In this document: one piece after another, positions 1 to 8,880 of the stretch
Position numbering within the stretch: the first letter of the stretch is position 1
Layout: the number at the start of each line of letters is the position of its first letter
Origin: Thermoplasmata archaeon
GTDB lineage: Archaea; Thermoplasmatota; Thermoplasmata; RBG-16-68-12
Length of the DNA: 64,000 bases
Assembly: GCA_035632695.1 (NCBI GenBank)
Contig: DASQGG010000167.1
Span: 120 to 64,119, forward strand
Direction: 5' to 3'
Program-made: the position numbers and the translations under genes
The notes under the pieces: model-generated
The model's database searches: none
What the model saw: the letters and a program-made list of their open reading frames with translations, nothing else
What the model was told of the DNA's origin: nothing

Positions 1-87
1 TTCCCGCCGCAGGGGGGCGAGAGGAAGGACCTGCTCGCGGATCCCCGGATCCGGACGAGTCGCGACTGGCTCGTGGCAGCGTCGTAA
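1..87 (+). CDS. 3' end of an upstream gene (partial, unknown function)
   Basis: Open frame 1 from the window edge to TAA at 85-87 (..DWLVAAS*). No domain is recognisable in 28 aa. Confidence 0.25.
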   Translation, partial: FPPQGGERKDLLADPRIRTSRDWLVAAS

Positions 88-227
88 GCCGGGATCCCAC
101 CGCCCCCTAGCGGTACAGGCGCTTCCTCTGTCCGTTTCCGTGCATGCGTGCGCCTCCCCGAAGCCGCGGTCATCTTTGATATTCGGTGCGTTAGCCTTAT
201 CCGCCCGTACTCACGGTGAGGTTACGA

Positions 228-2027
228 ATGCAGCGGATGCTACGCAAGGAGGACGAGGGTGTAGCCGCGGCCGTGGCTACGATGTTTGTCCTGCTCATCG
301 TCCTCATCCTTCTCCAGGTCACCGTGATCGGCGCGGTGCCCGCCCAGCAGTACGATGCGGAGTACAGCACGACCAAGCACGACATCCAGCAGATGGACTT
401 CCTCCGGTCCATGATCGTCGGTCCCGCGGTGGCGGGCGCGCAGGTCTCCGTGCCGTTCGCCCTCGGGACCCAGGCTGTCTCCCCGTTCGCGACCGCGAGC
501 GCGGGGACGCTGAGCTACGCCGCGAGTGACACGGCGGGCGTGTCCGTCTCCTTCGCCTTCGTCCCCCAGTTCCGGCAGGCGTCGGTCAAGAAGATCGACC
601 AGGATGTGATCCTGCTCATGGACGACTCGGGTTCCATGGCGCAGAACGACCCGCAGAACCTCCGGATCGTCGGCGCCCAGAACTACGTCGGGCGGCTCTC
701 CGTCCCCGACTGCGTGGCGATCGTGGCCTTCAACGGCAACTCGTGGCTCACCCAGGCGAACATCGGCGGGGTCGCACACCACCTGTACTATCCGGGCATG
801 TGCGGCAACCCGGACTACACGCAGCCCAAGGTGGACCTCGGCACGATCAGCGACATCGACAGCACGAACATCGGCCGCGCGATCATGACCGGGAACAACG
901 AGCTCATCGCGAACGGCCACAAGGGCAAGGCGTGGGTCGAGATCCTCCTGACGGACGGACAGAACGAGTGCGGTGGCAGCGTGTCGCCGTGCGGCGACGC
1001 GTACACGGTCCAGCAGGCCCAGATCGCCAAGGCGAACAACATCACGATCTTCACGATCGGCCTGTGCAGCTCCGGGGACGGGCCGCTCCTGACCCAGATC
1101 GCCTCGATCACGGGCGGGACGTACTACGCCGCGCCCACGGCCGCCTCGATCAAGTGGATTTACTTCGAGATCAGCATGCACTATCAGAGCTCCGTGCAGT
1201 GCGGGAACGTGTACTCCGCGGAGGCGTACGGCGGTTCCCTCTCCTTGGACCTCAACAACATCTACTACCCCTCCCAGGCCCTCCGGTTCGAATCGGGGGG
1301 GCTGGCTGCCATTCAGCCGGACGGGGCCGTGATGCGGGCGGGATTCCCCCTGGAATACACGTCGTACGGTGACGGCTCCGGGAGTCTTCAAGTCGCTCTG
1401 GTCACGTTGACCGGGAGTTCGTTCCAGAGTTCGGGCGGTGGCACGCACGTTCTTGAAGCGAACGTCCTCGCAAGGCAGGTGGTCGACCAGAATCTCACCA
1501 AGGTGAACCTGGCCTCCGAGGCTCAGAACGTCGCCAACATCTCGTCGAACTTGGCATTCTGGGTGACCCAGGGCGCGGCGACTCCGGCAGGCGCCGCCGC
1601 CGTGAACCAGCCCCTCAACGCGTCCCAGGCGAACCTCCTGGCCGCCAACACGAACATGGTCGCGGGAGACCCGGTCAGCGCGCACTTCAACGTGGACCAG
1701 GCGACGACCAACCTCGCGATCGCGCTGAACGTGACGGAGACCCAGAAGAACAACAACAACATCCAGGGCTGGCTCGCGCAGACCACGGAGGACTCGATCC
1801 TCCTCGAGGAGTGCCGGGTGGGCCAGTGGGCCAACTGGTACACCGGGCTCACAATCACGATCATCACCTCCGCGCCGAGCGCCTGGGCGAGCTGGTTCAA
1901 CACGACGATGCCCGAGTGGAAGATCCCCTTCGATCTCGGAATCTCCGGGAACACCGTGGTCGTCTCCCTGCACGCCCTGAACAGGATCATCACGGACCGC
2001 CGTGTCGTCTCCCTGTCCGCGATGTAG
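228..2027 (+). CDS. von Willebrand factor A (vWA) domain surface protein with N-terminal hydrophobic anchor or pilin-like leader
   Basis: MIDAS motif DDSGSM (LLMDDSGSMAQND) sits in a vWA-like alpha/beta region. The N-terminus MQRMLRKEDEG-VAAAVATMFVLLIVLILL has a charged stretch followed by a hydrophobic stretch. The C-terminal half is Asn/Thr-rich with many N-x-S/T sequons. ATG at 228 is the first ATG of the ORF; the 216 start in the track is a GTG. A TATA-like GCCTTAT lies about 28 nt upstream. Confidence 0.75.
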   Translation: MQRMLRKEDEGVAAAVATMFVLLIVLILLQVTVIGAVPAQQYDAEYSTTKHDIQQMDFLRSMIVGPAVAGAQVSVPFALGTQAVSPFATASAGTLSYAASDTAGVSVSFAFVPQFRQASVKKIDQDVILLMDDSGSMAQNDPQNLRIVGAQNYVGRLSVPDCVAIVAFNGNSWLTQANIGGVAHHLYYPGMCGNPDYTQPKVDLGTISDIDSTNIGRAIMTGNNELIANGHKGKAWVEILLTDGQNECGGSVSPCGDAYTVQQAQIAKANNITIFTIGLCSSGDGPLLTQIASITGGTYYAAPTAASIKWIYFEISMHYQSSVQCGNVYSAEAYGGSLSLDLNNIYYPSQALRFESGGLAAIQPDGAVMRAGFPLEYTSYGDGSGSLQVALVTLTGSSFQSSGGGTHVLEANVLARQVVDQNLTKVNLASEAQNVANISSNLAFWVTQGAATPAGAAAVNQPLNASQANLLAANTNMVAGDPVSAHFNVDQATTNLAIALNVTETQKNNNNIQGWLAQTTEDSILLEECRVGQWANWYTGLTITIITSAPSAWASWFNTTMPEWKIPFDLGISGNTVVVSLHALNRIITDRRVVSLSAM

Positions 2028-2114
2028 GCGTGCCCGTCCCGACCTGACCCTGGATGCGCGGATAATTCGCGACTGTGATAGTGGAGTCCATTTCCTTTTG
2101 AACTCGCGGTCGCA

Positions 2115-2543
2115 ATGGTGGACGTGAGCGTGATGGATTCTCTCCGCGCGGTCCCTGCCGACTTCTTCGCGGACCTCGTCCCGAACGGTAGAATCGAGGC
2201 GGCCATGCTCCTCAAGCGGAACGGACGCATGCTCGCCGCCTGGGCGCGGGCCCCCGTGTCGTGGGAGATCGCCTCGATCATGGCGGCGACCGCGCTGGGA
2301 TCGCTCGAGACCCTGCTGGAGACCCTTCGCTCCCCCTCGCCGCAAGTCCTCACGATTGCGGCCGCGGGCAGCCGCATCCACATCGAGAAGGTGGAGCCCC
2401 AAGGCCTCCTCGTGCTCGTGGCCAAGGAGGCCGTCCCGGAGGCCTACCTGCGTGAGATCGCAAGGCGGGTCGTCGCCAAGCTGCCTCCCCCGTCGAACGG
2501 CGAGCCCCCGCGCCAGGTGACCCTGGGCCCCAACTCCCACTGA
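2115..2543 (+). CDS. Roadblock/LC7 (MglB-like) domain protein
   Basis: At 142 aa it has alpha/beta Roadblock-like sequence (..GRIEAAMLLKRNGRMLAAWA..AAGSRIHIEKVEPQGLLVLVAKEAV..). It sits immediately upstream of a Ras-like GTPase, the classic MglB/MglA arrangement. Confidence 0.7.
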   Translation: MVDVSVMDSLRAVPADFFADLVPNGRIEAAMLLKRNGRMLAAWARAPVSWEIASIMAATALGSLETLLETLRSPSPQVLTIAAAGSRIHIEKVEPQGLLVLVAKEAVPEAYLREIARRVVAKLPPPSNGEPPRQVTLGPNSH

Positions 2544-2704
2544 GGATCGTCCACGCGGCGCCCTGGTTCGCCCGATTCTGAGCCTAGTCCAACGACGTGC
2601 CGTCCCGCGCCCTCGTTCCCCCGGGCGATAGCAACACAAGAATGCTTAAGCGGGGCACGGATTCATGCCTCCGTCCCCCATCCGCATCCCTGAGGCCTAG
2701 GACA

Positions 2705-3259
2705 ATGGAGCGCGAGACCCTCAAGACCAAGGTCTGTCTTGTCGGAGACAACGGCGTCGGGAAGACGTCGCTGATCCGCCGCTACGTCCTCGACATGTAC
2801 GAGGACCGGTACATCAGCACGCTAGGCACGAAGGTCTCCAAGAAGGAGATCCAGGTCTCGTTCCCCAAGGAGAACGTCACCGCGAGCATGGACATGCTCA
2901 TCTGGGACATCATGGGTCAGCACGGGTTCCAGGAGCTCCTCAAGGAGGCCTACTTCTACGGGGCCCGGGGCATCCTGGCCGTCGTCGACCTGACGCGCCG
3001 CTCCACCCTGGACGGGCTCGACGACTGGATCGCGTGCGTCGAGGAGGTCGCGGGGCACCTGCCCGCCCTAATCGCCGTGAACAAGACGGACCTCGCGGAC
3101 AAGGCCGAGTTCGGACTGCCCGAGATCACGGAGCGCTGCAACGCGCTCGGCTGCGGCTACTTCTGGACGAGCGCGAAGACGGGGGAGAACGTGGAAGCTT
3201 CCTTCCAGCGCCTCGCGACGATCGTCGCGGAACAGCAGATCTGGGGCGCCCAGTTCTGA
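2705..3259 (+). CDS. Ras-superfamily small GTPase (MglA/Rab/Arf-like)
   Basis: G1 is GDNGVGKTS, switch I has STLGT, G3 is WDIMGQ, G4 is NKTD and G5 is SAK. The protein is 184 aa starting from the internal ATG at 2705 (METLKTKVCLVGD), so it follows the Roadblock gene. Confidence 0.8.
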   Translation: MERETLKTKVCLVGDNGVGKTSLIRRYVLDMYEDRYISTLGTKVSKKEIQVSFPKENVTASMDMLIWDIMGQHGFQELLKEAYFYGARGILAVVDLTRRSTLDGLDDWIACVEEVAGHLPALIAVNKTDLADKAEFGLPEITERCNALGCGYFWTSAKTGENVEASFQRLATIVAEQQIWGAQF

Positions 3260-3289
3260 GCGGCCGTCAATCCTAAGTGGCGGGACGCC

Positions 3290-3874
3290 GTGGCGGGGCC
3301 GGTGCGGACGACCGCCGCGGAACTCCGGAAGGTCCTGCTCCCTGCGGAGCTCGCGGAGACGGAGCTCTCGTCGAAGCCCGCGTCCGCGGTCCTCGTTCTC
3401 CTGCGGCCCAAGGGCGACGGCCTCGAGGTGCTCCTGGGCCGACGGGCGCGCCGCCAGGGAGACCCGTGGTCGGGGCAGATCTCGTTCCCCGGGGGGCACC
3501 GCCATCAGGAGGACGTCTCCCTCCTGGTCACCGCCCTGCGGGAGACCAACGAGGAGGTGAACCTGGACCTCACGGGACGAGCCGAGGTCCTGGGCCACCT
3601 TCCGCCGCGCTCGCCGGGGAACGTCCCCGAGATGCTCGTCGTGCCCTTCGTCGCCTATACGAACGCTCGGGTGGACCCGAAGCCGGGCCCCGAGATCGTG
3701 GAGACGTTCTGGGCGCCCCTCGCAGAGCTGCCGTCCTCCCGGTCCATGACCACGGTGGCCACGCGCTTCGGCGACCTCCGCGTCCCGGCCTACCTGTGGA
3801 AGGGCCTCGTGATCTGGGGCCTCACGTTCCGGATCCTCGAGGAGCTCCTCCTCCTCGTCGGCATGGGCCGGTGA
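3290..3874 (+). CDS. Nudix hydrolase, CoA pyrophosphatase (NudL/NUDT7-like)
   Basis: The Nudix box GGHRHQEDVSLLVTALRETNEEVNL (GX5EX7REUXEEXGU) is preceded by the NudL-type motif GQISFPGG. Confidence 0.75.
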   Translation: MAGPVRTTAAELRKVLLPAELAETELSSKPASAVLVLLRPKGDGLEVLLGRRARRQGDPWSGQISFPGGHRHQEDVSLLVTALRETNEEVNLDLTGRAEVLGHLPPRSPGNVPEMLVVPFVAYTNARVDPKPGPEIVETFWAPLAELPSSRSMTTVATRFGDLRVPAYLWKGLVIWGLTFRILEELLLLVGMGR

Positions 3875-3884
3875 GATGGGTTCC

Positions 3885-4442
3885 CTAGCTGGGGCCCTTG
3901 GGGCGCCGCTCGTCCGGGTCGCGGGGGCTGCGCGGGGAGTCCAGCTGCCTGAGAATCCGTTCGAACTCCTCCGGGGGGACCGGTGCATTCTCCACGTCTC
4001 CCAGGAGCCGGACTTCATCGGATCGGGGACCCGCGAGGTCCTTCCGGGACAGGCGGCGCGCGTCGTCGATGGCCTTGCGGAGCATGACCGCCGCCAGGAC
4101 CTCCTTCTCCGTGGGCCGACGCGACGGGCGGATCCGGTAGTGCCGTGCCGTGTCCTTCAAGGTCTCCTCGAAGAGCGCGCGGCCGCAGGTCTCGCACACC
4201 GTCTTCACGGGCTCGGCCTGCGGGTAGTACAGGGTGGCCACGACGAAGATCAGCCGCAGGAACAGGTAGAGGATCGCGGTGACGAGGAGGAAGCCCTCCA
4301 GGGTGAGGGGCCGCGCCGCACTCCCGGGCTGCAGGTACAGGGACCCGTGGATGAAGAACAGGTACGCTCCTACGCCCGCCACGGCGAGGACCGCGAACTC
4401 CCTCGCGGTGGTCCGTGCAAACCGGCTTTCGCTCAAGTCCAT
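3885..4442 (-). CDS. hypothetical membrane protein with C-terminal zinc-ribbon (CETCGRAL / CPTCA)
   Basis: The protein is 185 aa from ATG at 4442 (MDLSESRF..) and has two predicted TM helices and Cys pairs. No family assigned. Confidence 0.5.
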   Translation of the reverse strand: MDLSESRFARTTAREFAVLAVAGVGAYLFFIHGSLYLQPGSAARPLTLEGFLLVTAILYLFLRLIFVVATLYYPQAEPVKTVCETCGRALFEETLKDTARHYRIRPSRRPTEKEVLAAVMLRKAIDDARRLSRKDLAGPRSDEVRLLGDVENAPVPPEEFERILRQLDSPRSPRDPDERRPKGPS

Positions 4443-4618
4443 GGTCGCGCACGTGGGACACGACGCCACGCCTTGCGGCGGGGTCCCCTCCTCCGTCACC
4501 TCGAACGCCCGCGGGACAAATAAAGTCTCGGTCCGCGCCCTCCGCCGGGCGGTACCAGTATCAAAAACGAGAAGGAGGGGAGATAGTATATCCGGCCCGA
4601 CACAGGGTCGGTTTTCCA

Positions 4619-5362
4619 ATGGTCTCCGAACGAGTCGCACGGCCGCGCACGCTGTCGGCCGTCTTTGGCGCGTACTTCCTCGTCATGGCGATCATCGCGT
4701 GGTATGGCGGGCAGACACTCGGTTACCACTACACCTCGGACATCACGCGGTTCAGCTTCATGATCTTCCTTCTCGCGGGAGCCATCTTCCTCGTCGGCGT
4801 GCTCGCCGCGGCCCTCCTGAGCGCACGATCCCTCGACGCCCGCATCGCGCGGCTCGAGGGCGCTTCGGCTTCTGACACCCTGGTCATGGAGGAAGTCGTC
4901 ATCGAGGAGGAGCCCACGGACGACGTGCCTCCGCCCCTGGAGGAGACCCCTGCGCCCACGGGAGACCACGTGGACCGCGACATCGACGAGCTGCTTGTGA
5001 GCCTCCAGGAGATGGAGCAGGACGCGGGCACCACCGAGGAGGTCGAGACCGTCGAGGCTCCCGCGGAGAGTCGACAGTCGACACGCCCGCTCGAACCCCG
5101 GTCCATGCCGAACGCCGCGGACTCGAAGCGCCTTGCCGCCCTGCGGAAGAAGCGCGACGGGATCGTCGGGTACTTTGCGGGTCCCGCGCTCGCGGCCATC
5201 GGCGCCATCGGGATCAGCGCGGCCATGCTCCCGGGATCCGACGCGTTCCTCCAGACGTACTTCCAGCTCAACACGTCCTTGCTCCTCGGGCTCGCCTACA
5301 CGTTCGGAGGGATCGCGGCCTACGTGGCCGCCTCAATCCTGCTCCTGGTCCGCAGCAAGTGA
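4619..5362 (+). CDS. hypothetical membrane protein (2 N-terminal and 2 C-terminal TM helices, acidic central linker)
   Basis: Internal ATG 4619 (MVSERVARP..). Hydrophobic segments flank an acidic Glu/Asp-rich low-complexity region. There is no recognisable domain. Confidence 0.5.
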   Translation: MVSERVARPRTLSAVFGAYFLVMAIIAWYGGQTLGYHYTSDITRFSFMIFLLAGAIFLVGVLAAALLSARSLDARIARLEGASASDTLVMEEVVIEEEPTDDVPPPLEETPAPTGDHVDRDIDELLVSLQEMEQDAGTTEEVETVEAPAESRQSTRPLEPRSMPNAADSKRLAALRKKRDGIVGYFAGPALAAIGAIGISAAMLPGSDAFLQTYFQLNTSLLLGLAYTFGGIAAYVAASILLLVRSK

Positions 5363-5487
5363 GCCGTTTCGAGGTGCCATTCTATGGAGGGACCGCCGAA
5401 ATTGGTGTCCCGTTATCGAGGTCAAGGGCTTCACACGGTACCTTTATATCCTTGGAAGGTCCAATCCCCTTAGACAGGGGACCTGCG

Positions 5488-5721
5488 ATGATCACCACCG
5501 TCGTCACGACCACATCGACTTTCTTGGCGGGCTCGTTCGGAGCCGCCGCGGTGGTCTCCCTGATCCTCCTGTTGATCATGCGGGAGCTGTCGAGCGCGCA
5601 CGCGGAGGAGTCGGGTAGCCTGAGGTCCAAGATTCTCTCTCACACGCTCCTCATCCCGATTACGCCGCTTCTCGTGGTCTTCGCCTTCATCGTCGCGGTG
5701 AAGGTCCTCGAAGTCCTCTGA
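5488..5721 (+). CDS. small two-TM membrane protein (hypothetical)
   Basis: MITTVVTTT..LILLLIM..LLIPITPLLVVFAFIVAV (77 aa). Support is only the ORF and hydrophobicity. Confidence 0.25.
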   Translation: MITTVVTTTSTFLAGSFGAAAVVSLILLLIMRELSSAHAEESGSLRSKILSHTLLIPITPLLVVFAFIVAVKVLEVL

Positions 5722-5764
5722 GCGCGCCTGAGTACCTGTTGCGTCCACGTACGAGCGGAGCGGC

Positions 5765-6634
5765 TCACGGGCGGAGTGGTGGAAGCCAGGACGCGAGTAG
5801 GAACGGCGCGATCAGGTATAGCACGACGTTGCCGAGGGTGTGGCTCATGATCGCGCCCCAGAGGCTCTTTGTCTTCACAACCACCAGGGCGAAGAACAGC
5901 CCGACGAAGAAGACGAACGTGAGGTCGTATCCGTTGAGGAAGAAGATGTGCATGGCGCTGAACACGAGGGTCACGAAGAGGATCCCCGTCCGATTGCCCA
6001 GCATCTCCATGGCCCGACGGAGCAGGATCCCACGGAAGATGACTTCCTCGGCGAGGCCTGTCGAGAAGAAGATCACGACGCCGCCCGCGAGGACGGGAAC
6101 GATTGTATCACCCGAGATCCAAGGGTACTGCCTCAGAATCGTGTATTCGATGAGGCCGAGGGGGATCCCCGTGAGACCTATGGTGAACTGCAAGGCCATC
6201 TCCCGCCAGGACCGGAATCCCAACCCGAGGAGCCACGGGGGCAGCTGCTGCACGTAGGCGACCGCGCCCGCCGCGGTCAGGAGCGGGATGCCCACCACGG
6301 CGAGCCACGGAAGGGTATGGATCGGCTCCGCGCCCCAGAACCGCGGCATGGAGAGGGAGAAGATGCGGATCAGAGGAGCGAGGCTCAGGGCCATCAGGAA
6401 CAAGGAGAGCTCCGTGTCCTTCTCTTGGATCGTCACGGAGTGGAAGAGGAGGGCGAAGACCAGGAGGATGTGGATCGTGAGCCCGTACTGCTGGTACGGG
6501 TACACGCCTGACTTGGACGGGTCGGGTACGGCGATTAGGATTTCCGCTAGGACGATCAGGCCGAGATAGATCGCGCCGATGGCCCATCGCGGCGGGGGGA
6601 GCGGCGGGGCGGCGTGGACGGTCTCCGTGGCCAT
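5765..6634 (-). CDS. CPBP-family intramembrane glutamic metalloprotease (CAAX protease-like)
   Basis: Motif 1 EEVIFRG, motif 2 FSAMH and later H..GN are characteristic of the Abi/CPBP family in a polytopic membrane protein. The start is ATG at 6634 (MATETVHAAPPLPP). Confidence 0.8.
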   Translation of the reverse strand: MATETVHAAPPLPPPRWAIGAIYLGLIVLAEILIAVPDPSKSGVYPYQQYGLTIHILLVFALLFHSVTIQEKDTELSLFLMALSLAPLIRIFSLSMPRFWGAEPIHTLPWLAVVGIPLLTAAGAVAYVQQLPPWLLGLGFRSWREMALQFTIGLTGIPLGLIEYTILRQYPWISGDTIVPVLAGGVVIFFSTGLAEEVIFRGILLRRAMEMLGNRTGILFVTLVFSAMHIFFLNGYDLTFVFFVGLFFALVVVKTKSLWGAIMSHTLGNVVLYLIAPFLLASWLPPLRP

Positions 6635-6644
6635 GGGTCCTACC

Positions 6645-8006
6645 TCAGGGTTGGATCGGCGTCGTGTCAAGGGGCTCCTTGGGCTCTTGCTGGAACGACA
6701 TGCGCGCGACGTACCAGTAGTACGGGAGCGGGGCGATGGAGCCCAGGACGGTCGCACTGGCTAGCCCGTTGATGCCCGAGCTCTGGAGCCACGCGTACCC
6801 GAGTCCGAGGTTGACCACCGTGGCGATTGACGAGCCCACGATCAGGGGCAGGCTGCGGCGGCGGATGCGCACGCGCGTGACGAGCACGTTGCCGAGCAGG
6901 CCCGGGATGGCGGCGAACACGAGGATCTGCAGCACGGCCGTGGCGTGGACCGAGTAGTCCGAGCTCCCTCCGAACAGGAACAGGAGGAACGGCGCAAAGA
7001 CGAGCATGGCGACGATCGCGGGCGCGAGGAGCACGATGGCGAGGAGGAGCGCCCGCCGCTCGTCCCGATGGCGGTCCACTTTGTTGGACGCCTTTTGGCT
7101 CGCCTCCGCGAAGAACGAGGAAAAGGCGGCACCCGGGATCACGCTCAGGAGACCCGCTACCGCGCTCGCCGCGTAGAAGTAGGACACCGCCCCAGCTCCC
7201 TTGATGACGAGGATCATGGGCGTGAGGAGGGTCGCGCCCGCGGCGCCGACGACCGCCGCGGCGTAGTTCCCCGCGCTGAAATGGAACATCCTCCGGAGCG
7301 GGGAGAAGTGGAAGCGAGGCCGGACGCGGTACGCCGGGAGAACCCGCGGCAGGAGCCAGAGCCCCTCGATGAGTACACTCGCCCCCGTCGCGAGGACGAG
7401 CGCCAGGAAGACCCCGAGCCGCCCCACGCCGAAGGGTTGGCTGAGCGTGTACGCGATCCCGAGGGCGATCGGAATCTTCAGGAGGGCCATCGAGACGCCC
7501 CGCCACAGGCCCAGGTCCGCACGGCGCAGGGCCAGGACGACCGCGTCGTACACGGTCCCCATACCCACCCCAACGGCTCCGAGGACGATTCCCGCGATGT
7601 AGACGGGGTTCGCGAGCACGAAGGCGAGCCCGAGGTTGAACACCGCGATCACGAGGATGTACGCGAACCCCAGGAGGATGGCGAAGCTGCCCACCAACGT
7701 GAGCGACGCGTTGATTAGCCCCACCTGGTCCTCCGCCTCCGGCAGGTAGCGGACCAGGGACACGTTGTAGCCCAGCAGCGCGAGGGACGAGACGAAGGAG
7801 ACCGTGGAGAACAGCGCGACGGCGAAGCCGATGTCGTTGAGGTCGTACACGCGGTACATGATGACCCAGAAGACGAACCCCAGCGCGCTGCCCGCCGCGC
7901 TGTTGATCATCAGGAACAGCGCGTTCCGGTAGAGCGGCGACTTCACCTCGCCCCAGATTCGCCCGATGGGTCGCTGGATGCCTCCGCGGTTGTTTCCCAC
8001 ATGCAT
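6645..8006 (-). CDS. MOP-superfamily polysaccharide/oligosaccharide flippase (Wzx/MATE-like)
   Basis: A 453-aa polytopic membrane protein with about 12-14 TM helices, typical polysaccharide-biosynthesis transporter composition and layout. It lies next to other envelope genes. Confidence 0.7.
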   Translation of the reverse strand: MHVGNNRGGIQRPIGRIWGEVKSPLYRNALFLMINSAAGSALGFVFWVIMYRVYDLNDIGFAVALFSTVSFVSSLALLGYNVSLVRYLPEAEDQVGLINASLTLVGSFAILLGFAYILVIAVFNLGLAFVLANPVYIAGIVLGAVGVGMGTVYDAVVLALRRADLGLWRGVSMALLKIPIALGIAYTLSQPFGVGRLGVFLALVLATGASVLIEGLWLLPRVLPAYRVRPRFHFSPLRRMFHFSAGNYAAAVVGAAGATLLTPMILVIKGAGAVSYFYAASAVAGLLSVIPGAAFSSFFAEASQKASNKVDRHRDERRALLLAIVLLAPAIVAMLVFAPFLLFLFGGSSDYSVHATAVLQILVFAAIPGLLGNVLVTRVRIRRRSLPLIVGSSIATVVNLGLGYAWLQSSGINGLASATVLGSIAPLPYYWYVARMSFQQEPKEPLDTTPIQP

Positions 8007-8090
8007 GCGTCCTGGGGACGGTTGGGACGATGCAAGTTTCTCGGGATAGATTAAGGCTTCGACCCGAATCGCGACCTGAGGTCCGACGCT

Positions 8091-8753
8091 TCATTCCCTC
8101 CCGCGGAGGAGACCGTCCTCGAGCCGGAGCTGGGTCGTCGCGAGGGCCTCGACCGCGGAATCGTGGGTCGCGATCACCACCGCCGCGCCGAAGCTCGTCC
8201 GGGCCAGGCGAAGGGCGTCGAGGACCGCCGCGGTCCCCTTGGGATCCAGGGACGCCGTGGGCTCGTCCGCGAGCAAGAGCTTGGGCCCGTTCGCGAGGGC
8301 GCGGGCGACGGCGACGCGCTGCGACTCTCCCACGGAGATTTCGCCAGGGCGCCGCGAGCCCAGTTTTGTCAAACCGAATGCCTCAAGCAGCTCGTTCGTG
8401 CGGTCTCCTGCAGGCCGCCGCGCCAGTCGGCAAGGAAGCGCCAGGTTCTCCTCCACCGTGAGGTCCTCGACGAGCCGGTGCGTTTGGAACACGAAGCCGA
8501 CCTCCAAGAGCCGGACGCGAGCGAGCTCGGCCTCCTTGAGATGGGTGATGTCCCGGTCGGACAGGAGCACGCTCCCGCGGTTGGGCATGTCGAGTCCTCC
8601 CAGTATGGAGAGGAGGGTGGTCTTGCCGCTGCCGTTCTCCCCCCAGACCATGACGGCCTCGCCGCGTCCCACCTGGAGATGGGCCCCCCGGAGCACGTCG
8701 GTCCGGCCGTCGTATGACTTCCAGAGATCGCGGGCGACCAGGAGCTCCGTCAT
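8091..8753 (-). CDS. ABC transporter ATP-binding protein (LolD/MacB/FtsE-type)
   Basis: Walker A is GENGSGKTT, a Q-loop is present, the signature is SVGESQRVAVARAL, Walker B is LLLADEPTASLD and the H-loop is ATHD. The protein is 220 aa from ATG 8753 (MTELLVARDLWKSY). Confidence 0.85.
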   Translation of the reverse strand: MTELLVARDLWKSYDGRTDVLRGAHLQVGRGEAVMVWGENGSGKTTLLSILGGLDMPNRGSVLLSDRDITHLKEAELARVRLLEVGFVFQTHRLVEDLTVEENLALPCRLARRPAGDRTNELLEAFGLTKLGSRRPGEISVGESQRVAVARALANGPKLLLADEPTASLDPKGTAAVLDALRLARTSFGAAVVIATHDSAVEALATTQLRLEDGLLRGRE

Positions 8754-8880
8754 TCGGCCGCGCAACGCTCCCAGCCCCGAAAAGGTTTCGCGCGACGCGC
8801 GCGCGTGTCGCGACGTGTCGCGCCTTGTCGAAAGGTTTAGAACCCCCGTGCGAGATGCGGCCCCCAGAAGAGGATGGGCC

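Noticed and set aside
240-2639. 799-aa ORF on the minus strand (Arg/Gly/Asp-rich) spanning the vWA and Roadblock genes
   Set aside because: It is an antisense shadow ORF typical of about 67% GC DNA, with an RGD/P low-complexity translation and no domain. The sense-strand genes have clear motifs (MIDAS, Roadblock).
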